In this document: piece by piece, positions 36,893 to 44,206 of the stretch
Numbering within the stretch: position 1 is the stretch's first letter
Layout of the letters: the number at the start of each line of letters is the position of its first letter
IMG/VR virus record: IMGVR_UViG_3300030106_006557
Coordinates: 1 to 53,696 of that record
Length of the DNA: 53,696 nucleotides
Strand: one strand, 5' to 3'
Source of the DNA: a virus
Taxonomy: Duplodnaviria; Caudoviricetes
Program-made: the position numbers and the translations under genes
Notes under the pieces: model-generated
What the model was told of the DNA's origin: nothing
Seen by the model: only the letters and a program-made list of their open reading frames with translations
Database searches by the model: none

Positions 36893-37127
36893 ATTTGTGC
36901 CTTGCTCTAAAACTTTTTCTATTAGAAGGTTGGTCTTTTTTAATAGACATGTTTGGATCTCCAAAACGAACTATCTTAATATTGTCTCCAACTTTAGCTA
37001 AAACCGCACTTTTCTTAGACTTTCCCGGCGTTCTTTTTGGTTTATTAAAACCGGGCCAAAGCTCTCCTCGATAAGAAATTTTCCCCGAGGAAGTTCTTTT
37101 TACTTTAGTGGCCTTAACCATTCCCAT
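36837..37127 (-). CDS. Small basic protein (RKSFRARH.C / ARYWSC family)
   Basis: NKPKRTP, VRFGD.NM, RKSFRARHKC, ARYWSCKAW. Confidence 0.85.
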   Translation of the reverse strand: MGMVKATKVKRTSSGKISYRGELWPGFNKPKRTPGKSKKSAVLAKVGDNIKIVRFGDPNMSIKKDQPSNRKSFRARHKCDTAKDKFTARYWSCKAW

Positions 37128-37129
37128 AA

Positions 37130-37531
37130 TTAAAACTGTTTCCTCATGTGAACAATAATAGTATAAGTATCCGCAGAACTGGCTCCCACCGTAGTAAACT
37201 TTAAATCACCCGTTTTTCCAGAACCAGAATTGTTAGTAAGCCCCCCAAAAACAGTGTAATCGTGATTTCCACTTTGGTTTTCTCCTAGCTCTATGCAAAA
37301 CTGATCAGAAGTCGCATCCCAAAGAATTTGAACCTTCATGCCAATACATTGCCACCACAATCTTTCAATAACAACGCCCGTGCAAGTATCTCCATTTGCA
37401 CTATTAGAAAGAGCAGAAACATCCACTTTAGTAACGGCACTTTCTCCAGAACCGTCAGAAACATTAGTAAACTTCATTACCGCATTTTTGGGACCGTCTA
37501 TAATAGTTTGAGACGTTACAGCGTCTGCCAT
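37130..37531 (-). CDS. Virion structural (capsid accessory) protein
   Basis: MADAVTSQT..DG, SDG.GE..V.KVDVSAL; AGGAGG RBS. Confidence 0.75.
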   Translation of the reverse strand: MADAVTSQTIIDGPKNAVMKFTNVSDGSGESAVTKVDVSALSNSANGDTCTGVVIERLWWQCIGMKVQILWDATSDQFCIELGENQSGNHDYTVFGGLTNNSGSGKTGDLKFTTVGASSADTYTIIVHMRKQF

Positions 37532-37547
37532 AATCTATCCTCCTAAT

Positions 37548-38030
37548 TTAAGATGCGTCAGAAGAACTAGATAGCCCAAAGAATTTCATAACAACAGTAG
37601 TGTCTGCCCCGGGATCTCCAGACAAAACAATCTCAACCTCATCTGCTGTAGCAGTAGCTGCCGTAGTGGTTCCTCCAGACATCCCTAAAACACCGTTGCA
37701 AGGGAAAAACCCTTTAAATCCCGTTGAATTTACTGCCGCGGAAATACCGTCTACAAATCCATCTGTATCAGCATCCGTACCTATATCATTTAGAGTAACA
37801 GAGTTAGAAGCAGCTCCAGTAACAGCTATCATCACACCCATTGGAATAAAATTAGAAGGGATACCAATAGCAGACTCTTTGCCTGTGGTAGCACCGTCAG
37901 CAACAGTAACAGTTGCTACATAAGTCTCCATAGACATCGTATTAGTAATTTCACCTGTGGTAGTGCTTGTTTTGATAGCATCAAAGCCATCTTTTGATCT
38001 AACAGGACCCGAAAAAGTCGTGTTTGCCAT
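37548..38030 (-). CDS. Capsid fibre/decoration protein
   Basis: MANTTFSGPVRS N-terminus; directly after MCP. Confidence 0.7.
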   Translation of the reverse strand: MANTTFSGPVRSKDGFDAIKTSTTTGEITNTMSMETYVATVTVADGATTGKESAIGIPSNFIPMGVMIAVTGAASNSVTLNDIGTDADTDGFVDGISAAVNSTGFKGFFPCNGVLGMSGGTTTAATATADEVEIVLSGDPGADTTVVMKFFGLSSSSDAS

Positions 38031-38039
38031 TGCTTCCTC

Positions 38040-38111
38040 CTTACGAAAGGTTTCGTTTTAGCGTTTTCGTAAGCATCTGCTAGGGCAGTCGCTAAAACTA
38101 AAATATCCTAG
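38040..38111 (-). ncRNA. Structured RNA with two pseudoknots downstream of MCP (Mu-gpT-DE-like)
   Basis: Pairings CTAGG/CCTAG, GTTTTAGCG/CGCTAAAAC, CTG/CAG, CTTACGAAA/TTTCGTAAG; located after a Mu-gpT-like gene. Confidence 0.7.
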
Positions 38112-38128
38112 TCTTTTAATAGTATAAC

Positions 38129-38154
38129 AAAAAAAGGCGGCTGAAAAGCCGCCC
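38129..38154 (-). terminator. Terminator after MCP, followed by extended -10 TGTTATACT (38121-38129)
   Basis: GGCGGCT/AGCCGCC stem with U7. Confidence 0.85.
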
Positions 38155-38168
38155 TTCTAAACAAATGT

Positions 38169-39071
38169 TTATGCTGCTCCGGGAGTACCAAAAACCGTTC
38201 TCCAATCGGAAACTCCGAAAGAATAACGCTCACGAGCCTTAAATCTCATGTTTCCAGTGTCAAAATCACCCTCCATCGCAGTGCGAATTGGAGTACGCTG
38301 GAAAAGTTTAAAGCCGTTAGGAGCATCGGTTTTAATGAAATACGCATCCGTATCTGTCAAGAAGTGGTTAACCACCGCTCCATCTGGGATCATACCCATA
38401 GACTTGTTTGCGTTTATATCATTGTCTGCCGTTCCGGGACGAAGATTAGAGTTAAGCACTCTTTCAGCAACAAATTGCAATTCTTTTGGAATAATTAATT
38501 TCATTCCACGAACTGCTATTTTTAGCCCTCTTTCGTCCGTAAACCCAGCAATATCAATCAACATTTGCTCAAGTGAAGTTTCGTTCAAATCAGCCGCAGT
38601 TGACAAAATATTGCTTTGAGTCCCGTTTATAGTAGGGTGCGATGCGTTACACAAACTAACGCCGTCTCCCCCTGCATCACTAAAAGCATTGTTCAATATA
38701 GTCGCAGCTTTAATTTGCTTAGACTGAGACATTGAACGTGCTAAAGCACGGGTGTATCGAGCCGCTAAACGGTCATACAAATTATCTTCAATAGCCTCTT
38801 CAGTAATACTAAAAGCTAAAGCAACCGTTTCATGCGTGTACCGAGCCGTATACGTCTCTTGTGCGTCATCAAACGATATTGCCCCACCTTCACTTTTTAC
38901 TGGAGCGGTTCCAAAACCAGAAAGCATGACCTCTTCTTCAAAGGCTCTGTCCGAAGACTCTTCTTCAAAGATTTCAGCATGTTCTTGGTCATAACGATCA
39001 TACTCAAGCCCGAACAAAGCATTCAGTCCGGGTTCAAGCTCTTTCGCCAGTTGTGCGCGAGAAATAGCCAT
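38169..39071 (-). CDS. Major capsid protein (Mu gpT-like, HK97 fold)
   Basis: MAISRAQL.KELEPGLNALFG, ITEEA.EDNLY, GDFDTGN.RFKARERYSFG.SD. Confidence 0.93.
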   Translation of the reverse strand: MAISRAQLAKELEPGLNALFGLEYDRYDQEHAEIFEEESSDRAFEEEVMLSGFGTAPVKSEGGAISFDDAQETYTARYTHETVALAFSITEEAIEDNLYDRLAARYTRALARSMSQSKQIKAATILNNAFSDAGGDGVSLCNASHPTINGTQSNILSTAADLNETSLEQMLIDIAGFTDERGLKIAVRGMKLIIPKELQFVAERVLNSNLRPGTADNDINANKSMGMIPDGAVVNHFLTDTDAYFIKTDAPNGFKLFQRTPIRTAMEGDFDTGNMRFKARERYSFGVSDWRTVFGTPGAA

Positions 39072-39086
39072 TTTTTAATCCCTTTC

Positions 39087-39737
39087 TTAAATGCCTGTCG
39101 AATCCGCAGTAGTCTGCGAATCAAAACGACGGGTTGGTGCATTAAAATGAGCATTAAGCCTAACTAACAAAGGAATACCTGCTGCCGTAAAGTCACTGTT
39201 AGCATCGTCATCGACAATACCAACAATACGCAAAGGCAAAGTAGCCGTTGTTGCAATAGACGACACACTCAACGCTGAGTTAGAACGACCCGTGCTGGTA
39301 GAACCAGTACGAGCAGAAGTTCCAAGAGATGCATTAGCAAACACTCCGGCCAGTGCGGTAGCACGGTCAGTTAGTGTTGCATCACTAGCTACTTGGAACA
39401 ATTGGTTAGGATTGTCAGCAACAAAAGCTTTTACAGGATGATTTGTATCCACGCTAACACTGCCTGATCCGGGCCAATAATTTAAAAATGTGGTCTTCTT
39501 GGTCGTAGAATCTACATATTCTACCCCCATCAAAACCCCTAAAGCTTGTGTTGTGCCTCCGCTGGTTGCACCAGCATAAGTAATAACACCCGCAGCTAAA
39601 GGAACACAAATGCCACCGTTAAAAATAGCGTTTGTGTTGTCTGAGGCAATTTCATACTGAGTTACTCCAGTAGAGTTAACTGCACTTCCAACAAGTCCAA
39701 CAGGGCGAAGACCATAGGCTGTTGCTAAATTTGCCAT
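39087..39737 (-). CDS. Capsid decoration/cement-like protein
   Basis: MAN....YGLRPV N-terminus; between scaffold and MCP. Confidence 0.65.
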   Translation of the reverse strand: MANLATAYGLRPVGLVGSAVNSTGVTQYEIASDNTNAIFNGGICVPLAAGVITYAGATSGGTTQALGVLMGVEYVDSTTKKTTFLNYWPGSGSVSVDTNHPVKAFVADNPNQLFQVASDATLTDRATALAGVFANASLGTSARTGSTSTGRSNSALSVSSIATTATLPLRIVGIVDDDANSDFTAAGIPLLVRLNAHFNAPTRRFDSQTTADSTGI

Positions 39738-39767
39738 TTGGTTTTCTCCATCATCAAGTTACACGGC

Positions 39768-40256
39768 CTAGTCTTTTCTAGGACCGCCAAAAGTTACACG
39801 AGATTGACGATCAGGTTTATTAATCGTCATTGTTGAATGAGCGTTTTCTCTCATCATATCGTGATCCACAGCTTCTTGTTGATCCGCATTTCTTCTTGCA
39901 AAATATTCGGTTCTTTCCGAAACTGTTTCCACTGGTATACGAGCTAAAACAAGCCCTCCAACTCCAAAAACTCCTTCATACTTACCTGTTTCTATTACAG
40001 GGGCTTCAAAATCAGGATATTCGTCTCTACGAACAAGCTCATACCCTTGTCGCATCTTTGCAGAAATATTCTGACGGTCGTCAAAACCACGAACTTCTGA
40101 ACGTATCCAACGATGCCTGTAACCCTCTGGCGCAGGTGGAGCATCTAACATTGAGGGGGGTGCCCAAGGCTTACGCCTGCTTTCCTTCTCCCTCGTATTT
40201 TTTGCGCGAGGAGTCCGATTCATTCCTTCAAAACGTTGCTTTTTTTCTTCAGTCAT
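39768..40256 (-). CDS. Conserved head-module protein
   Basis: W.PPS.LDAP..P.GY.HRWIR, GVGGL.LARIP. Confidence 0.8.
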   Translation of the reverse strand: MTEEKKQRFEGMNRTPRAKNTREKESRRKPWAPPSMLDAPPAPEGYRHRWIRSEVRGFDDRQNISAKMRQGYELVRRDEYPDFEAPVIETGKYEGVFGVGGLVLARIPVETVSERTEYFARRNADQQEAVDHDMMRENAHSTMTINKPDRQSRVTFGGPRKD

Positions 40257-40267
40257 TTCTCTTTCTC

Positions 40268-41170
40268 CTATTTAACATATTTCGCGTATTCTTCAAGCGG
40301 CACACCCAATTTTTTAGCTATAGCTACTTGGCTCGGAGTGAGACGAACCTTTTTATTGCGCCCTGATGACGTACTAGCAGAAGAACGAGAAACCCCGGCT
40401 ACGGCTTGTTGCCGTCTAGGAGAAACCAAACTTCCGTTAAATTTATGCGGAAATTCATTCCGAATTCTATTATCTAGCTCAGTATAATAATCATCTGAGG
40501 TAGCGTCAAACCCTTCTTGCTCTACCATTTTTTTATGTATTCCAAAAGTAGCAAAAGTCATGGTTTCATCTTGACCAAACCATTCATTTTTAGCGGCCCA
40601 TTCTTCTGCTTTAGGATCGGGTTTTTTAGGCTGCTGCACCTGTTGTTGCACGGGCTGCTGCACCTGTTGTTGCGAGGCCCTTTCTCTTTGTTGTTTTTCT
40701 AAAGCTATTTGTTGTTCATGAGCATTTTTTGCTTGATCATACCGATCTTGTTGAACAGCCAATCGACTTAATTTTTTCTGAGCCTCTACCGTAGCGTCCG
40801 CATCTCCCAACTCAACGGCTCTTTTTAAATCAGCTTCTACCTGTCGCTGTTCTACTTCTAACCTACCTCCATGCTCTGTCATGTAACCTTGATCAAGGTT
40901 TTTTAGTCGTTCTTTTACTTGGTTAGCCTCGTGCTGAACCGTTTGAGCATATCGAATAGCTTCTTCCCTTTGTCTTTCCGCTTCTCGCATTTTCTTGGTC
41001 AAAGCGTTAATTCTTTTTTCTGCCCCACTTATGTGTTTTTCATGCTCATCTTCATTTTTTTCTACTAAACTTTCTGAAGCAACCTGAACCTCTGTTATTT
41101 TTTCTTCTTCTAACGGTAGTTCAACTTGAACCGCAGTGTCTTCTTTTTGAGTGCTTTCTGCCTGTGCCAT
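40268..41170 (-). CDS. Capsid scaffolding protein
   Basis: Coiled coil, W..KN.WFG, V.LT.SQV.IAKKLGV..EEYAK; QQQVQQP repeat. Confidence 0.75.
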   Translation of the reverse strand: MAQAESTQKEDTAVQVELPLEEEKITEVQVASESLVEKNEDEHEKHISGAEKRINALTKKMREAERQREEAIRYAQTVQHEANQVKERLKNLDQGYMTEHGGRLEVEQRQVEADLKRAVELGDADATVEAQKKLSRLAVQQDRYDQAKNAHEQQIALEKQQRERASQQQVQQPVQQQVQQPKKPDPKAEEWAAKNEWFGQDETMTFATFGIHKKMVEQEGFDATSDDYYTELDNRIRNEFPHKFNGSLVSPRRQQAVAGVSRSSASTSSGRNKKVRLTPSQVAIAKKLGVPLEEYAKYVK

Positions 41171-41179
41171 ACCTATCTC

Positions 41180-41590
41180 CTAAAAACTTATAATGTCTTC
41201 TGGGTCCGCAATAGATGCTAAAACTTCATCATCATTTAAAATTCTAACTTCACCACCCTCTATACGAAAACGAGATCCCGCGTAACGTGCAAAGATTATC
41301 CAATCTTTTTCTTGGCACCACGGCTTTGAAAACTTCTCTTTATCTTTATAAGCTAAAGGACCTACTTTTAAAACATACCCCACCACCGTCTGTACTTGGC
41401 TATCGTCCAAAACTTTGTCAGGTAAATGAATTCCTGCCGACGTTTTGGCTTTTCCTCGATACGGTAAAACTAAAAGCCGCCACCCGGTGGGGGTAGGCAT
41501 ACGATCTAGAAGAGATCGATCTATTAAATTAGGATTTAATACTTCTTCATTTTTAGGCGCATAAGCCTCTTTTAACTGTGCTTGCATCAT
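41180..41590 (-). CDS. groES: GroES-like co-chaperonin
   Basis: P.GWRLLV, KTSAGI.L, G.VLKVGP, YAG, ILNDDEVLA. Confidence 0.9.
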   Translation of the reverse strand: MMQAQLKEAYAPKNEEVLNPNLIDRSLLDRMPTPTGWRLLVLPYRGKAKTSAGIHLPDKVLDDSQVQTVVGYVLKVGPLAYKDKEKFSKPWCQEKDWIIFARYAGSRFRIEGGEVRILNDDEVLASIADPEDIISF

Positions 41591-41784
41591 TCTTGCTCCT
41601 GTTTTTCTAGCAGGCCCGAGAGTTCCTGTAGTATAAAATTAAGAGCATTAAGTTCGCCCATAAGCTCCCTATACTGCTCCATGCTTTTCAAACCATTATG
41701 CTCCAAAACATCCAAAACAACAACTTTACGTTCTTTTACCGTTCTTTGAACAAATTGAACCACATCTATTTCATCAATAGCCAT
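41587..41784 (-). CDS. Hypothetical protein
   Basis: E.Y..LMGEL motif, upstream of groES. Confidence 0.75.
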   Translation of the reverse strand: MAIDEIDVVQFVQRTVKERKVVVLDVLEHNGLKSMEQYRELMGELNALNFILQELSGLLEKQEQE

Positions 41785-41786
41785 AA

Positions 41787-42221
41787 TTAAACAAAAACTC
41801 TTACCCCCTTCTTATCAATAATTAAAGCATTTTTTCTAGGAGCCTCCCCCTCTTCATTAGGAACAGAAATATGAACCCAACTATCGTATTCACAAATAAC
41901 TTGGTCGTAAAAAATACCCGACTCAATAATCCGAACAACCGCAGAATTTGGAGAAACACCTAAAATACGAATATCCGCCGCGCAACCTAACAAATGTTGA
42001 CTGGAGCTGGATGAATTTACGGCTTGGTTTAACTCTTTGCACCTAAACCCAGAGTTAATAAAAATAGGAACGTTAAAGTAATCCCGTACTTCTTGTAATA
42101 AAGTAGCTAAACGTCTTAAATTGCTTAATTGCACTGAATTAGGTGTATTATCAATTCCTCGTCTCGACGCTATTTGCGACGCAGTAAGTTCTTCTAAACT
42201 AAAATTAGGTGTTAGTTGCAT
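41787..42221 (-). CDS. Peptidase M15A endolysin
   Basis: LTPNFSLEE, INSGFRC..LN.AV, SQH..G.AADI, WVHIS. Confidence 0.92.
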   Translation of the reverse strand: MQLTPNFSLEELTASQIASRRGIDNTPNSVQLSNLRRLATLLQEVRDYFNVPIFINSGFRCKELNQAVNSSSSSQHLLGCAADIRILGVSPNSAVVRIIESGIFYDQVICEYDSWVHISVPNEEGEAPRKNALIIDKKGVRVFV

Positions 42222-42576
42222 ATATTTTTTTATTATCGTAGTACTGGTCTCTTTCCAAACACAGTTTGTACAAGGTTTGTTGCACTCTTGTAGAAAGCCT
42301 GCCTTGCAAAACCAACCTATTTACCTCTGTTTTTAAAAAATGTAACCAATGCTCCCTAAAAACCGCCTCTTCGTAAGAAACTGGAGGATATTTCCAATAA
42401 ACAACTATATTTTCTAAAGGAACTCCGGTAATGATATTATCATATATCCTCATGCCTAAGTAAGTTTTTTGTTTACAAAAAAAACGAAGTTCTTCTTTGT
42501 CCTCTTGATATTTCTTAATAAAAGAAAAAGAACTAACAGAAAAAAACAATAATAAGATAAAAATTATTTTTTTCAT
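42205..42576 (-). CDS. Secreted hypothetical protein in the lysis cassette
   Basis: MKKIIFILLLFFSVSSFS signal peptide. Confidence 0.65.
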   Translation of the reverse strand: MKKIIFILLLFFSVSSFSFIKKYQEDKEELRFFCKQKTYLGMRIYDNIITGVPLENIVVYWKYPPVSYEEAVFREHWLHFLKTEVNRLVLQGRLSTRVQQTLYKLCLERDQYYDNKKIYATNT

Positions 42577-43028
42577 TTATTAACATATTTAGAAACAGCC
42601 CGACTGCCAAACCAAAACGACATAACCGCAGCAAAAAGTCCTTGGGTTTCTTCAGTCCATAACAAATCAACCGCCATCATCCAATCGTTACCCGACTCTA
42701 ATACTTTTAAAATAATAACAATTTCAGTAGCTACAAACATTAAGAAGAAAAAATAAGTAATAACAGGACGCACACTGCCGCGAAGAGCGTTGATAAATCC
42801 GCCAGCGTCAATAGTTCTATCGTGCTCATATAACCCCTTTGTTTCTTCAATTTCGGCCGTTTTATCTAATTCGTCTAAACGTAGAGCAGATCTTTTTTCT
42901 AGTAACTCTGTCTCTAACTTTAAACGATCCATGTTATGCTTGTGCGCTTGATTTTGTTTAAAAAAATTTAAAACTTCCGGCAAAAAAGAACTACCAAAAC
43001 CCAACACTGATCCCAATAAACTCATCAT
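42573..43028 (-). CDS. Holin (3TM-family-like)
   Basis: LR.SVRP.ITY, hydrophobic helices, FWFGSR. Confidence 0.75.
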   Translation of the reverse strand: MMSLLGSVLGFGSSFLPEVLNFFKQNQAHKHNMDRLKLETELLEKRSALRLDELDKTAEIEETKGLYEHDRTIDAGGFINALRGSVRPVITYFFFLMFVATEIVIILKVLESGNDWMMAVDLLWTEETQGLFAAVMSFWFGSRAVSKYVNK

Positions 43029-43195
43029 TTTTTGTAATCCTTGACGTTATTTAAAATAATTCTTTGTTTTTCAGCTTCCTTCTGAGAATAAAACTCTCGA
43101 ACAATGCTATTGTTGGGTATTTCATTATCTTTTGTAGTTACTCTCCAATTGCCTTTTCTATCTGTGTAGATTTTCCAAATAACTTTTTCAGGCAT
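43025..43195 (-). CDS. 56-aa hypothetical protein (not in ORF track)
   Basis: MPEKVIWKIYTDRKGNWRV...; coupled at both ends. Confidence 0.65.
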   Translation of the reverse strand: MPEKVIWKIYTDRKGNWRVTTKDNEIPNNSIVREFYSQKEAEKQRIILNNVKDYKK

Positions 43196-43632
43196 TAAAA
43201 ATACGGCATAAACCCACCAATGCCACCATACACCATAGGAGAAAAAGAAGATTGCCCGAAAGGACTACCACCATATCCAAAAGGACTACCACCATATCCA
43301 AAAGGACTACTCCTGTAGGAAGAAAAACCGCCAGAAAATGGTCCAGATATTAAATTACTAATGTTACTAAACTGATTATTTAAACCACCGAATTGACCCT
43401 CTAAACGAGATATTCGATCTTCAATAGACAACTGGGGCGTTGCAGCTTGATTTTGGTTAAAAATAGAGTCCTGTATTGGGTCTCCTATAACCGGAGAAGG
43501 GGGAGGGGGAGGAGGTTCCGACGGCATAGACATAGGGGGCGGCGTAACATACGCCTCGGCAGGAGGAGGCATCATATTCTCCGCAGGGTCTTTAATAACA
43601 GGGGGATAAAATGGAATATCAATAGGACTCAT
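43195..43632 (-). CDS. Pro-rich / Gly-Ser-Phe-Tyr-rich low-complexity protein
   Basis: 21-bp repeats encoding SPFGYGG at about 43254-43312. Confidence 0.65.
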   Translation of the reverse strand: MSPIDIPFYPPVIKDPAENMMPPPAEAYVTPPPMSMPSEPPPPPPSPVIGDPIQDSIFNQNQAATPQLSIEDRISRLEGQFGGLNNQFSNISNLISGPFSGGFSSYRSSPFGYGGSPFGYGGSPFGQSSFSPMVYGGIGGFMPYF

Positions 43633-43633
43633 G

Positions 43634-43999
43634 TTAACGTGACCTGCTCATGTACGCTTGTGCTCCAAAATAAAAACCCACAATAGACGCTTGTCCTACA
43701 TAAAACAAACCTAAAAGATCCGCTAAAGCTGCTACACGACTTTCGCTAACTAACGGCGTAAACAATAATAAAGTAAAAACCACCATACTTGCAATAGCCG
43801 TCCACGACATTTGTTTTTGAGCATGACTTTTTTCCTCTCGTAACTCTAACTCTGTCATTTCCTTAGATTTGGAAATTTCATCGTCCGTTACCGTACCGTC
43901 ATGGTCTAAGTCATAACTTTCGTATTTACTTAATTCTTCTAGTTTTTTTTGCTGCATCGGAACCAACTCATCAATCGGGACCACAAAAATACTAGCCAT
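43634..43999 (-). CDS. Membrane protein with EF-hand-like loop
   Basis: DLDHDGTVTDDE followed by two TM helices. Confidence 0.7.
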   Translation of the reverse strand: MASIFVVPIDELVPMQQKKLEELSKYESYDLDHDGTVTDDEISKSKEMTELELREEKSHAQKQMSWTAIASMVVFTLLLFTPLVSESRVAALADLLGLFYVGQASIVGFYFGAQAYMSRSR

Positions 44000-44002
44000 G
44001 TT

Positions 44003-44206
44003 TTAGGCGTTTGTAAAACGACTTCCACGCTGCGCTGCACCCATGCCACGCTTTTTACCAACAGTAATTTTAGCTTTTCCAATATTTGGGGTTTTTTCTT
44101 CAACCAATTTAGCATACGGTATTGTTCCTTGTCCTTGAATTTCTGCGGCATTCTTTGCTTTTGGCGCATCTTTTGCTGGCCCACTAATTATATGCACACG
44201 AGACAT
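44003..44206 (-). CDS. Small basic protein downstream of portal
   Basis: GQG.IPY, KKRGMGAA.RG..F; GGAGG RBS. Confidence 0.75.
   Translation of the reverse strand: MSRVHIISGPAKDAPKAKNAAEIQGQGTIPYAKLVEEKTPNIGKAKITVGKKRGMGAAQRGSRFTNA

Noticed and set aside
38040-38111. HDV-like ribozyme
   Set aside because: Strand order differs: P1b lies inside the P3 loop and P4 interleaves with P2, unlike HDV topology
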